Positions 51,801-56,120 of a stretch of DNA of 64,000 nucleotides are shown here, one piece after another (the first letter of the stretch is position 1; each line of letters opens with the position of its first letter). Location: the NCBI GenBank assembly GCA_048128005.1, contig JBEUKZ010000098.1, forward strand, positions 62,001 to 126,000. The letters are read 5' to 3'. The position numbers and the translations under genes were made by a program. Source of the stretch: Veleropilina oligotropha. Its lineage: Eukaryota. The notes below the pieces were generated by a model, which was not told the origin of the DNA, ran no database searches, and saw only the letters and a program-made list of their open reading frames with translations.

Positions 51801-54800
51801 TAACGGTGCATTATGGGACATATTCACCATTTCCGGTTTGGGCGATAATATGCTATTATGGCAAGAGTAAGGACGTAAGTATGTTTTATACTAATATTAG
51901 GTTTACATTAAAACCTCATTTTATCGGTCCGCGCACATGAGGTCCGGGCCATTGCAGCGTCTGTAGCCTTCCGCCATAATCTAAATATCAATGCGTTACT
52001 ACAGGCCGGATATTGGAAAAACGCTAACGTGTTTGTCAAACATTATCTGCGCGACTACTCAACCGGGGCTGATGGCCTAAGCAGTTTGCACTGTGTTGCT
52101 GCTCAACGGGTTATTGTTAGACCGAGGTCTTCTAATCAGTAAGTAGCCTATTGTTCTCTGATTGATCATTTGCATATTTACTGACGCCATTTTATTTTCG
52201 TTGGCCAAACGGTGCTATGTAATTAACACCTATGGGGCAGTTCAATGTCTGTTCATTTCTTAAATCTAATTTAAGATTTTGTACTTCTCATGTCAGACTG
52301 AGTGTTGACATAAGCCAGATCACATTGAATTTAATAAAACAACTTTGATAATTTTGCACAAATCTTAAAAAGATTAGGGTTCAATATTATTATGTTCTTT
52401 GCTGTAATCGAACATACGATGTTCAATACATTTAAAATGTTGATTCCTTAACATTTATTTTTAAGTAACATGTCGAACATTTTTGCTTCCTTAAAATTTA
52501 TTTTAAGTGACATGTCGTCCATGTTAGCGTTCGCAAGTTGGTCATGCGAACTACTTATTAATATCGATTATTATATAATCTATTAATTCTTTGCTTTTGA
52601 TTTTAAAGCTTTCACAACCTGTTAGGTTCCGTGTGCTTACAAATCCGACTGCATCCTCTGGCTACCGGCCTATAGGCCCGGAGTCCCATTTGGCTGCCAC
52701 TGGTCCATGACACGTAAGACCTACAGGGATTTATCCTTCCGGCCGTGCCAGGGGCTGATTGCACTTCCGTTCACCTCGTCCGACTAACACCACGGCGTAT
52801 CCTCCCGGTAACACTGGTCGAAATTCTCGCCTGGTAAGAGTAGAATATAATACTCAGTAAAAATTCCACTCTAGGCGGACACACTCGACGCTTCATGCTG
52901 ATCGAATTGGTGAAAAAGTAAGTCATTATCTTGTTTGGGTTTGTTGTAAGGAACGTCTTACCCACCTATCCAAGGTTATTCTGGCAAGAGTAAGGACGTA
53001 AGTATGTTTGTAACTATATATGAGGTTTTAATGTAAACCTAATATTAGTATAAAACATACTTACGTCCTTACACGATTACCCACCCTGCGTTTCGCATTC
53101 CTCCCCTCTACTACGTTCCTTTGTGGTTTTTGAACTTTGAATTGATGTCATGTGACTTCTATTGTTCAGAAGTCTCACGAGACTTGGCGAAGTCTCGCTA
53201 GGGAACGTGGGGGGTAGGAGCAGGGGAGGTAACCGTGTGCTTTTTTGGCTTATAACGGTGCATTATGGGACATATTCACCATTTCCGGTTTGGGCGATAA
53301 TATGCTATTATGGCAAGAGTAAGGACGTAAGTATGTTTTATACTAATATTAGGTTTACATTAAAACCTCATATTCTCTACATCGGTGTACAATACTGGTA
53401 TTCTCTACATCGGTGTACAATACCGGTATTCTCTACATCGGTGTACAATACCGGTATTCTCTACATCGGTGTGCAAAAATATCTTGAGTGCACATGATGT
53501 ATGTTTAATAATGAATTAATTCATGGTCAACACGACCTGAGGGGAGACAGTAAAATTTGGAAAATAAGTCCATGCATGCTTGCATCGCCCTGAACAACAG
53601 TAATTAAATGTCTGTAAAGAATACTTGGTTGGTGATATATCATAACCTGAAAATGCTACTCCTCCCATGGAGTTGTGTTACCGAAGGATTGTCCCATCAT
53701 AGAAATGTGTGTTTTAGTCGGTGCTAATATACTTGAACTGATTGTTTTGTGATCATGTTTTGTCCTTTCAGTTAGAACTGATAACTTGGCAAGCTACAAA
53801 AGCTGGATTCACCGGTGGGCTCGTTATAGACTATCCTAACAGCACCAAAGCTAAAAAGTAAGAATTTCTTTCAAATAATGTTTAACATCAAAATAACTTA
53901 TTTCTGATCTTGAAATGCATCATACCAATATTGCGCACGTTTTTGTACAATAATAAAAGAATAAATGAAATGCGTGCCTACTTACATATACTTTGTTTTT
54001 CCCCGTTCTTTTGAATGTCAGATTATAACTCGACCCTTTGATGACTGCTAAATAACAACTATATTCAAGACTGGTCAAACCAAAACAGATGACGTTTTGG
54101 GTCATTTGATCTATAGCAGGCTTCACCACCAGCTGGCTGCGCCTTTGAATATTTACATGAATTATTGCAACACCACAGTGCAGCATCTGTTTTTCGAAAT
54201 AACGCAAGATGACCACTTTCAGTATTGTTCGGAAGTTCTCATTATTTTTTTCTATGAAAAGAATTAAAATTTGGTAAAAAAAAATTGTTAAATTGAAATT
54301 TGTGAAAAGGACTTAAAGTGAGAGATGTCCTTTCAAGTCGGGAGTCTCGCGAATTCCTGGGTATGTAATTTAGGTTTGTGTATACATTTGTGAGCATTTT
54401 CTCTTCTGAAGTGTTGTTGGCTTCTGTATTTCAGGCTGTTTCTGTGTCTCTTTGCTGGGGGTCCGTCTCAACAATTGCCAAAAGGCCTTGGTGCAGAGGT
54501 GACGTCTGCGAAATCATCTCATATAGAATTCATCCAAAGAAGGTATGGTATTTAACGTTATCCTGGGACGGTGAGTTTGATACGTATGTTTATCCTGTGA
54601 GCTTTGAAAATATCACACGAGACGAAGTCGAGTGTGATATTTTCATAGCGAACAGGATAAACGTATGTATCACAAGAGACGAAGTCGAGTGTGATATTTT
54701 CATAGCGAACAGGATAAACGTATGTATCACACGAGACGAAGTCGAGTGTGATATTTTCATAGCGAACAGGCTAAACGTACGTATCAAACGAGACGCCACA

Positions 54801-56103
54801 GGGTAACATTTTTATTTAAAAAAAAACATACTTTATATGCCTGTCAAATGCTGAACATTGACTAAGCAATGAATAACGTCATGTTAAATTGCACCTTGCA
54901 GGTTATTCTATGTGAAAAATAACCTGGATATTTGAAAATCTGAGGAATAGTTTAGTCATATACATTCACATGAATGTATATGATTGAATCTCAAAGGAAT
55001 ACTTGAAACTCTTGATTATCTCTCGCAGAAGCGAATGACGTCTAGCAGACGACGTATAGATTGACACGAGTATTTGTTGACGTCATTTTGACCTATCAGA
55101 CGTTGCGGATTTCGCGAAATGAAAATAAGTGAACTTTGTAATCATAAATGTCTAAAGATTTCTATATAGATTGTTATTGATAGTCTTAGCGATGGTTTAT
55201 GAAATAAATATTAACTAACTTTTGGAAAACTGATTGAAACTACTTAGTCACAATTCAATAACATCTTATAGACTGATAGATGAGCAATCCAAATGCGTGC
55301 AATTTCACATTACAGTCTCGTTATCCGCTATCTTTCTTTCAGGGATCGTCTAAAAAATGCACGAGGTAAATCTATCAAAAAGAGTCGAGATTGGATATTG
55401 GAGAAAAAGGAGAGGAGAAGACGCCAAGGAAAGTAAGTTGTCAAGCTAATAACAGTAATGTTTATGTCAACATTGGGGGGGGGCGCACAGGTAACTGAGT
55501 AGTCAAGATCGCCAACTCTAAATTAAGGCTTGGTTGACCTGGCTTACCTCCCTTGATAATACGGACATGTCGTATGTGAAAAGGAAAGAAATGGATCGAT
55601 GCTTAATGTCTTGTATATTTCCAACCATCATTTGGTTCAAAGTAGGACATGTCCATATTATCGTGGGAGGAAAGCCTGGATGCCCACAACCGAAACCACA
55701 CAGCTGTCGAAGCGGCCTGTCCTCTGTGAACATTGATAATAATTGTACTTGTCCGATAATAAAAAGGCTGCCCCACCCCTGAAATCACCGGCCCAATTGT
55801 GAGAACTAACAGGAGTGGGTTCGAATCTTGGTTGGGACATGACATTCTTTGTTTAGCTATCAATCGCAGTTGTCCGTGTCCGTAACTGGCTGGTCTTTCT
55901 TCTCGCGATTATATGGACTTGTCCTACGTGCTTTGAACATAAAGGCTGTAAATACAGTATTCATGACATTAAGCATCGATCCAATCTGATTATATAAATA
56001 TCCTTTCTATGATTCATAATTGAGTATTTTCATGCTTTTCTATTTCAGAGAGGTTCGAGCCGATTCAAAATATACAGGGAGAAAACGGAAAGGAGTATTT
56101 TAA
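18889..56103 (+). CDS. BUD23: 18S rRNA (guanine-N7)-methyltransferase BUD23/WBSCR22, 281 aa, 11 coding exons
   Basis: Exons 18889-18933, 31059-31096, 31772-31867, 32183-32265, 34322-34418, 36939-37035, 37617-37667, 53772-53857, 54435-54542, 55343-55432 and 56049-56103 are all GT-AG and phase-consistent (846 nt). Protein [26 protein letters not shown]...LDIGCGSGLSG...[30 protein letters not shown]...QLYPEN...[18 protein letters not shown]...[16 protein letters not shown]...SKYTGRKRK. Confidence 0.97.
19105..19540 (+). mobile_element. Helentron-type non-autonomous element, 5' part with ~157-bp internal repeats (related 3' part at ~20675-21270)
   Basis: T-run, C-run/G-run inverted repeat, gtccgtccgtctgtctg microsatellite, then two ~157-bp units. 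The same unit recurs at 20680-20832 and 21161-21220. Confidence 0.65.
20833..21149 (+). mobile_element. Full-length tRNA-derived SINE with 11-bp TSD
   Basis: Head gccgtcgtggctcagtgg, CORE-like cttgggcaag...ccacccagc...aatgggtacc, tail gcgcattgag...gcgctatataag. TSD ttttgctaatt at 20822-20832 and 21150-21160. Confidence 0.8.
21799..22004. mobile_element. Degenerate MITE
   Basis: Imperfect TIRs ggggtagtttgcattttaagggtccc / gggacccttaaaccgcaaaagtgcccc. Confidence 0.45.
22098..22325. repeat. DIRS copy A left terminus and inverted terminal repeat
   Basis: 22109-22325 is the reverse complement of 29327-29533 except for a 10-bp indel (ccaagtctcg). Confidence 0.95.
23103..25355 (+). CDS. DIRS Gag-like ORF1 (copy A)
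   Basis: ATG at 23103. N-terminal Cys/His cluster CSSSGC..HKEC..H..C....CDLC, low-complexity middle, DIRS/LAP2alpha-like LLRRDACL...LRCVP...TLFG and basic tail. Confidence 0.88.
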   Translation: MVRCSSSGCNQKIHGFDRHKECRIHRSCNIQHQCDLCFLLSDKQWAVLSHQGKSTRAAATVGPPPEKGHEETGKLQHNVSSLSASGTLDDSRHKGTSVAGSTGETSATLRGVTETLPVPQIQVKTRVSTVPPQLGLVTAVSHTLPASKVYMTAQRTAEQGRLSPSFSSASKNKGTVSPSAGNSPSSYGDRPNAEKAFKEAGHLLVGLRLGQSAKPESSVENDATSPRGFPLNLEAHETFRGPGLSRAPTVVTLENVDRPAAFGTGFYGGFPSVPRSSRVVDRSELLPQSYRSSGPLTVPSGQSFGFDPSTSARGPWSSVRPVNAARLPSATVTSTELPAVSSSPVLPSGFSFENVQAWIAAGIEERCKAWPTAPQPRLVPTHLPMAQSTAPASVMDIDPRSDEDLGSNHTDLPESVGPEDISLTGTQEPTSSTRRRLDAVASLRGVLGLSEPTRSAVDVAKHRTAAHRFVSREAPELPSLPQSGLVDLVVDSITKLVQGRNPVESSPLNEFPSGFRSGRYLRASTRAIPFECTGPCLATEPARVDASLRRLTASHTPSVAKVPWSALEAFESAARRALRLSSVQDFFLDGAIAVLQENGPGATEAALSFLQEVAAAQETSALETGRVLGNALLLRRDACLEGTPLDEPTRRSLRCVPCSATTLFGDNFSEFVDKRAADMKDRAIEKAVLLPTRGPPANSKKRSGPTPAPKPSKRAKPSSGGRPPANKPTPKRQAPPTKSRKQSGRGKPRP
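25147..27429 (+). CDS. DIRS reverse transcriptase / RNase H / methyltransferase-like ORF (copy A); start undefined
   Basis: [83 protein letters not shown]...YAFPP. Confidence 0.96.
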   Translation: MPSRRQYCSPPGVHLPTRRSAPGPPRPRSLLSVRSPLRVVGLRPINPLQRGKHLQRNPASRAGEGSLGPRAAGIRDGPSCPLPPVGACLLAYSQPWLELTDSNWVHLVVSAGYKLAFNRHPTLTEAPPTRHARLLNGEKQAVLDQAVRDLLLKRAIYPAPPSTPGFYSHFFLVPKPDGRWRPILDLSYLNRYLRTEKFQQETLSKIRAAIRPGDWAASIDLADAYLHVPMHVTAHQYLRFIHGKTIYQFRCLPFGLSSAPYVFTRTVQALGAFLHSLGHRVHMYLDDWLILGASRDLCLRSTSFTLSSTKRLGFQINETKSCFVPSTTFTFLGVDFDTVRYTAKPTQKRMRNLRAVIQDTLSSDITTARQLATVLGHIESVAPLLPTGRMDKRPLQQAFRDRWIQRTGQWTDRIDLRHWFTDTTAVWLNPALPDQSVPISPPEPNAYLFTDASNDGWGGHLDSYETSGLWPTDLQGRHINFLELEAVFLSVRSLSLHLRNKHIMLATDNTTVVAYIQHQGGTRSRPLCDRAIDLHRLVMSLNSTIRARHIPGKLNVRADSLSRRSQIIHTEWTLHSRVARDVCRRWSQPQVDLFATEFNYRLPLYVSPYPDPAALAVDAMSMTWENLSAYAFPPTCILSLVLQKAATERCEITLIAPLYRTQPWFPTLLDLIVDRPLALPQKLDLLMQPRSRVLHESPNHLRLHAWRLSNDPLLRKDFLKLQPYVSIDREGFPLQKSMTTDGLSTWIGVTAGRSIYSVPL
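25383..28340 (+). CDS. DIRS tyrosine recombinase ORF (copy A); recombinase domains from ~27270, long N-terminal frame overlaps RT
   Basis: Catalytic set R (ASGRRCSEI), K (LAKN), HxxR (HEVR), W (GYW), Y (KHYLR), plus CPVRAL. Confidence 0.93.
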   Translation: MPAPAGGSVPVSIQPALARADRQQLGPLSRECRIQVGIQPASDLNRGTTNKTRSTPKRRETSGLRPGSAGFAPKKSDISRAAQHTRILQPFLPGPETRWPLETDPRSLVPKPISSYREIPARNPLEDSSGHPSGRLGSVYRSRRRVSACPDACHGSSVPSVYTREDDLPIQVPTVRSIVSPVRLHENSTGPRGLPTLSRAQGTYVPRRLADPRGVPGSVPPVYELYPVIDEAPGISDQRDKILLRALDDVYVPRSRLRYGPVHREADPEAYAEPTRGYPRHPVIGHNYGATTGHCPGAHRVGSAPATDGSHGQKTVTTGVQGSLDTTDGAVDGSHRSTALVYRHDSSVVEPRFAGPVGSYIPTRAERLPVHRRFERRLGWSPRQLRDIRPMADRPSGTTYQLPRVRSRLPVSTVPLVTSPQQAYHARHGQHDCRRLHTAPGRYSLASPMRPSNRPTPLSDVPQLDDSSPTHPGKAECQSGFALSEITDNTHRVDATQPSSSGCLPPVVATPSRFVCNRIQLPTTSVCLPVPRPGRPSGRRNVNDMGESVRVCLPPDVHSITGITEGSDRTLRDNANSAPVSHATLVSDPPRSDRRSTVSVTAETRPVNATTLPCTPRVAEPLTFTRLAVIERSLAKKGFSKATALRIYRSRRISTTKVYDYRWVKYVDWCHSRQINILRPPVNKFIEFLSSLFDRGMSVSAVKGYRATIATTLKQCRAHAGLSSDRTISDFIRSYELEIPTRRIKPPAWNIVLILNALLLPPYEPMSEITMRNLTHKTVFLIALASGRRCSEIHAFSSELRDIRFQSDGSVILRPILGFLAKNQRPNEDAPDVVIPKLTLVGRHDADRLNCPVRALRFYLDRTREMRTGKLRLFVSYLPTYTRDITRTTVSRWISQTVRDVYIRCDDDDRTILSVRAHEVRAIAASVAFRHNLNINALLQAGYWKNANVFVKHYLRDYSTGADGLSSLQCVAAQRVIVRPRSSNQ
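29175..29265. other. DIRS internal complementary region (ICR), copy A
   Basis: 29175-29213 is the reverse complement of 22098-22136 and 29214-29265 is the reverse complement of 29514-29565. Together they spell the circle junction. Confidence 0.95.
29327..29565. repeat. DIRS copy A right inverted terminal repeat and 32-bp right extension
   Basis: Inverted match to the left end up to 29533; 29534-29565 matches only the ICR. Confidence 0.95.
29566..30075 (+). mobile_element. Helentron-type non-autonomous element abutting DIRS copy A
   Basis: T-run, atgtcgtgacctttt/aaaggacacgacat inverted repeat, (TA)n, 3' aaaggtcacgacat and hairpin gaacg-cgt-cgttc. Homologous to 9745-10208. Confidence 0.75.
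30735..30875 (-). mobile_element. tRNA-derived SINE head fragment
   Basis: Reverse complement reads gccgccgtggctcagtgttagagcactgg...ggttcaatcccc (A and B boxes). Confidence 0.55.
32357..32782. mobile_element. MITE with perfect 30-bp TIRs (Kolobok-like ends)
   Basis: AGAGACTATTGCCCGTAAATGCGCTCTTTC and its exact reverse complement at 32753-32782; flanks TTAA / TGAA. Confidence 0.8.
32908..33712 (+). mobile_element. Helentron-type non-autonomous element with degenerate internal repeats
   Basis: 5' atcccccgcc and 3' ggcgggggat inverted pair, gtccgtcc motif, recurring aaattttggttaaag units. Confidence 0.65.
34590..36330. repeat. Minisatellite, 32-bp unit x ~54, in BUD23 intron 5
   Basis: Unit gatgattgttttggatacatagatctgtctt(t/g). 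Confidence 0.97.
36539..36638. repeat. Minisatellite, 13-bp unit x ~7
   Basis: Unit agtgcac(a/t)ctct(a/g). Confidence 0.9.
37386..37597. mobile_element. Internally deleted copy of the 54553-55128 element
   Basis: Shares both taacgttatc...ttatcctgtgagc..gaaaatatcac and cgcagaagc..atgacg...cagacgacgt...tcattttgacc.atcag.cgt...atgaaaataa. Confidence 0.65.
37970..38427. repeat. Minisatellite, 28-bp unit x ~16 (left part of an array split by DIRS copy B)
   Basis: Unit ggtattctctacatcggtgtacaatacc; resumes in register at 53371. Confidence 0.95.
39441..41684 (+). CDS. DIRS Gag-like ORF1 (copy B)
   Basis: Intact ORF, near-identical to copy A gag. Confidence 0.88.
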   Translation: MVRCSSSGCNQKIHAFDRHKECCKHRSCSIHHQCDLCFLLSDKQWATLSHHGKSTRATATVGPPVEKGHEETGKLPNVSSLSASGTLDDSRQTSVAGSTGETSATLGRVTETLPVPQIQVKTRVSTVPPQLGLVTAVSHTLPASKVYMTAQRTAEQGRLSPSFSSASKNKGTVSPSAGNSPSSYGDRPNAEKAFKEAGHLLVGLRLGQSAKPESSVENDATSPRGFPLNLEAHETFRGPGLSRAPTVVTLENVDRPAAFGTGFYGGFPSVPRSNRVVDRSELLPQSYRSSGPLTAPPGQSFGFDPSTSARGPWSSVRPVNAARLPSATVTSTELPAVSSSPVLPPGFSFENVQAWIAAGIEERCKAWPTAPEPHLVPTLLPMAQSTAPASVIDIDPRSDEDLCSNHSDLPESVGSEDISLTGTQEPTSSTRRRLDAVASLRGVLGLSEPTRSAVDVARHRTAAHRFVAREAPELPSLPQSGLVDLVVDSITKLVQGRNPVESSPLNEFPSGFRSGRYLRASTRAIPFECTGPCLATEPARVDASLRRLTASHPPSVAKVPWSALEAFESSARRALRLSSVQDFFLDGAIAVLQENGPGATEAALSFLQEVAATQETSALETGRVLGNALLLRRDACLEGTSLDEPTRRSLRCVPCSATTLFGDNFTEFVDKRAADIKDRAIEKAVLLPTRGPPANSKKRSGPTPAPKPSKRAKPSSGGRPPANKPTPKRRAPPAKSRKQSGIGKPRP
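41712..44445 (+). pseudogene. DIRS tyrosine recombinase ORF of copy B, disrupted by copy C (remainder 51919-52142)
   Basis: Breaks at DDDDRTI, before HEVR and the catalytic Tyr; the frame runs into the copy C ITR and stops at 44519. Confidence 0.92.
41728..43758 (+). CDS. DIRS RT/RNase H/MT-like ORF (copy B)
   Basis: Same motifs as copy A (YLDD, FTDAS, DLFA..YAFPP), uninterrupted. Confidence 0.95.
   Translation: MGACLLAHSQPWLELTDSNWVHLVVSAGYKLAFNRHPTLTEAPPTRHARLLNGEKQAVLDQAVRDLLLKRAIYPAPPSTPGFYSHFFLVPKPDGRWRPILDLSYLNLYLRTEKFQQETLSKIRAAIRPGDWAASIDLADAYLHVPMHITAHQYLRFIHGETIYQFRCLPFGLSSAPYVFTRTVQALGAFLHSLGHRVHMYLDDWLILGASRDLCLRSTSFTLSSTKRLGFQINETKSCFVPSTTFTFLGVDFDTVRYTAKPTQKRMRNLRAVIQDTLSSDITTARQLATVLGHIESVAPLLPTGRMDKRPLQQAFRDRWIQRTGQWKDRIDLRHWFTDTTAVWLNPALPDQSVPISPPEPNAYLFTDASNDGWGGHLDSYETSGLWPTDLQGRHINFLELEAVFLSVRSLSSHLRNKHIMLATDNTTVVAYIQHQGGTRSRPLCDRAIDLHRLVMSLNSTIRARHIPGKLNVRADSLSRRSQIIHTEWTLHSRVARDVCRRWSQPQVDLFATEFNYRLPLYVSPYPDPAALAVDAMSMTWENLSAYAFPPTCILSLVLQKAATERCEITLIAPLYRTQPWFPTLLDLIVDRPLALPQKLDLLMQPRTRVLHESPNHLRLHAWRLSNDPLLRKDFLKLQPYVSIDREGFPLQKSMTTDGLSTWIGVTAGRSIYSVPL
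45457..47706 (+). CDS. DIRS Gag-like ORF1 (copy C)
   Basis: Intact ORF from ATG 45457. Confidence 0.88.
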   Translation: MVRCSSSGCNQKIHAFDRHKECCKHRSCSIHHQCDLCFLLSDKQWATLSHHGKSTRATATVGPPPEKGQEETGKLPNVSYLSTSGTLDDSRQKGTSVAASTGETSATLGRVTETWPVPQIQVKTRVSTVPPQLGLVTAVSHTLPASKVYMTAQRTAEQGRPSPSFSSASKNKGTVSPSAGNSPSSYGDRPNAEKAFKEAGHLLVGLRLGQSAKPESSVENDATSPRGFPLNLEAHETFRGPGLSRAPTVVTLENVDRPAAFGTGFYGGFPSVPRSNRVVDRSELLPQSYRSSGPLTAPPGQSFGFDPSTSARGPWSSVRPVNAARLPSATVTSTELPAVSSSPVLPPGFSFENVQAWIAAGIEERCKAWPTAPEPHLVPTLLPMAQSTAPASVIDIDPRSDEDLCSNHSDLPESVGSEDISLTGTQEPTSSTRRRLDAVASLRGVLGLSEPTRSAVDVAKHRTAAHRFVAREAPELPSLPQSGLVDLVVDSITKLVQGRNPVESSPLNEFPSGFRSGRYLRASTRAIPFECTGPCLATEPARVDASLRRLTASHPPSVAKVPWSALEAFESSARRALRLSSVQDFFLDGAIAVLQENGPGATEAALSFLQEVAATQETSALETGRVLGNALLLRRDACLEGTSLDEPTRRSLRCVPCSATTLFGDNFTEFVDKRAADIKDRAIEKAVLLPTRGPPANSKKRSGPTPAPKPSKRAKPSSGGRPPANKPTPKRRAPPAKSRKQSGIGKPRP
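47734..50691 (+). CDS. DIRS tyrosine recombinase ORF (copy C)
   Basis: Intact 985-codon frame with R-K-HxxR-W-Y residues. Confidence 0.93.
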   Translation: MPAPAGGSVPVSTQPALARADRQQLGPLSRECRIQVGIQPASDPNRGTTNKTRSPPKRRETSGLRPGSAGFAPKKSDISRAAQHTRILQPFLPGPETRWPLETDPRSLVLKPISSYREIPARNPLEDSSGHPSGRLGSVYRSRRRVSACPDAYHGSSVPSVYTRGDDLPIQVPTVRSIVSPVRLHENSTGPGGLPTLSRAQGTYVPRRLADPRGVPRSVPPVYELYPVIDEAPGISDQRDKILLRALDDVYVPRSRLRYGPVHREADPEAYAEPTRGYPRHPVIGHNYGATTGHCPGAHRVGSAPATDGSHGQKTVTTGFQGSLDTTDGAVEGSHRSTALVYRHDSSVVEPRFAGPVGSYIPTRAERLPVHRRFERRLGWSPRQLRDIRPMADRPSGTTYQLPRVRSRLPVSTVPLVTSPQQAYNARHGQHDCRRLHTAPGRYTLASPMRPSNRPTPLSDVPQLDDSSPTHPGKAECQSGFALSEITDNTHRVDATQPSSSGCLPPVVATPSRLVCNRIQLPTTSVCLPVPRPGRPGGRRNVNDMGESVRVCLPPDVHSITGITEGSDRTLRDNANSAPLSHATLVSDPPRSDRRSTVSVTAETRPVNATTHPCTPRVAEPLTFTRLAVIERSLAKKGFSKATALRIYRSRRISTTKVYDYRWVKYVDWCHSRQINILRPPVNKFIEFLSSLFDRGMSVSAVKGYRATIATTLKQCRAHAGLSSDRTISDFIRSYELEIPTRRIKPPAWNIVLILNALLLPPYEPMSEITMRNLTHKTVFLIALASGRRCSEIHAFSSELRDIRFQSDGSVILRPILGFLAKNQRPNEDAPDVVIPKLTLVGRRDADRFNCPVRALRFYLDRTRELRQGKLRLFISYLSTYTRDITRTTVSRWISQTVRDVYIRCDDDDRTILSVRAHEVRAIAASVAFRHNLNINALLQAGYWKNANVFVKHYLRDYSTGADGLSSLHCVAAQRVIVRPRSSNQ
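47750..49780 (+). CDS. DIRS RT/RNase H/MT-like ORF (copy C)
   Basis: Intact, same motifs as copy A. Confidence 0.95.
   Translation: MGACLLAHSQPWLELTDSNWVHLVVSAGYKLAFNRHPTLTEAPPTRHARLLNGEKQAVLDQAVRDLLLKRAIYPAPPSTPGFYSHFFLVPKPDGRWRPILDLSYLNLYLRTEKFQQETLSKIRAAIRPGDWAASIDLADAYLHVPMHITAHQYLRFIHGETIYQFRCLPFGLSSAPYVFTRTVQALGAFLHSLGHRVHMYLDDWLILGASRDLCLRSTSFTLSSTKRLGFQINETKSCFVPSTTFTFLGVDFDTVRYTAKPTQKRMRNLRAVIQDTLSSDITTARQLATVLGHIESVAPLLPTGRMDKRPLQQAFRDRWIQRTGQWKDRIDLRHWFTDTTAVWLNPALPDQSVPISPPEPNAYLFTDASNDGWGGHLDSYETSGLWPTDLQGRHINFLELEAVYLSVRSLSSHLRNKHIMLATDNTTVVAYIQHQGGTRSRPLCDRAIDLHRLVMSLNSTIRARHIPGKLNVRADSLSRRSQIIHTEWTLHSRVARDVCRRWSQPQVDLFATEFNYRLPLYVSPYPDPAALAVDAMSMTWENLSAYAFPPTCILSLVLQKAATERCEITLIAPLYRTQPWFPTLLDLIVDRPLALPQKLDLLMQPRTRVLHESPNHLRLHAWRLSNDPLLRKDFLKLQPYVSIDREGFPLQKSMTTDGLSTWIGVTAGRSIYSVPL
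53371..53475. repeat. 28-bp minisatellite, right part (~4 units)
   Basis: Continuation of the 37970-38427 array. Confidence 0.93.
54553..55128. mobile_element. Non-autonomous element with 5' palindrome and 3 x 57-bp tandem expansion (54611-54790)
   Basis: tttgatacgtatgtttatcctgt...acaggataaacgtatgtatca fold-back and 57-bp unit repeated three times; second family member at 37386-37597. Confidence 0.65.
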
Positions 56104-56114
56104 AATGCTATAAA

Positions 56115-56120
56115 AATAAA
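56115..56120 (+). terminator. Candidate BUD23 polyadenylation signal
   Basis: AATAAA 12 nt after the stop codon, followed by the GT-rich tttggtttgttttt. Confidence 0.5.

Larger units (their letters stand above)
44446..51918 (+). mobile_element. DIRS1-type retrotransposon, copy C (7473 bp, full length), nested in copy B
   Basis: Left ITR 44457-44662, right ITR 51681-51886 (206 bp each, no mismatch seen), ICR 51530-51620, three intact ORFs. Confidence 0.96.
38428..53370 (+). mobile_element. DIRS1-type retrotransposon, copy B (38428-44445 + 51919-53370 = 7470 bp), interrupted by copy C; in BUD23 intron 7
   Basis: Left ITR 38439-38644, right ITR 53133-53338, ICR 52982-53072. Joining 44445 to 51919 restores cgaactattttatcggtcc exactly as in copies A and C. 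Confidence 0.95.

Noticed and set aside
38428..53370. Two independent tandem duplications or an assembly error instead of nesting
   Set aside because: Both breakpoints fall at the same internal base and at exact element termini, and the copies differ by substitutions and indels.
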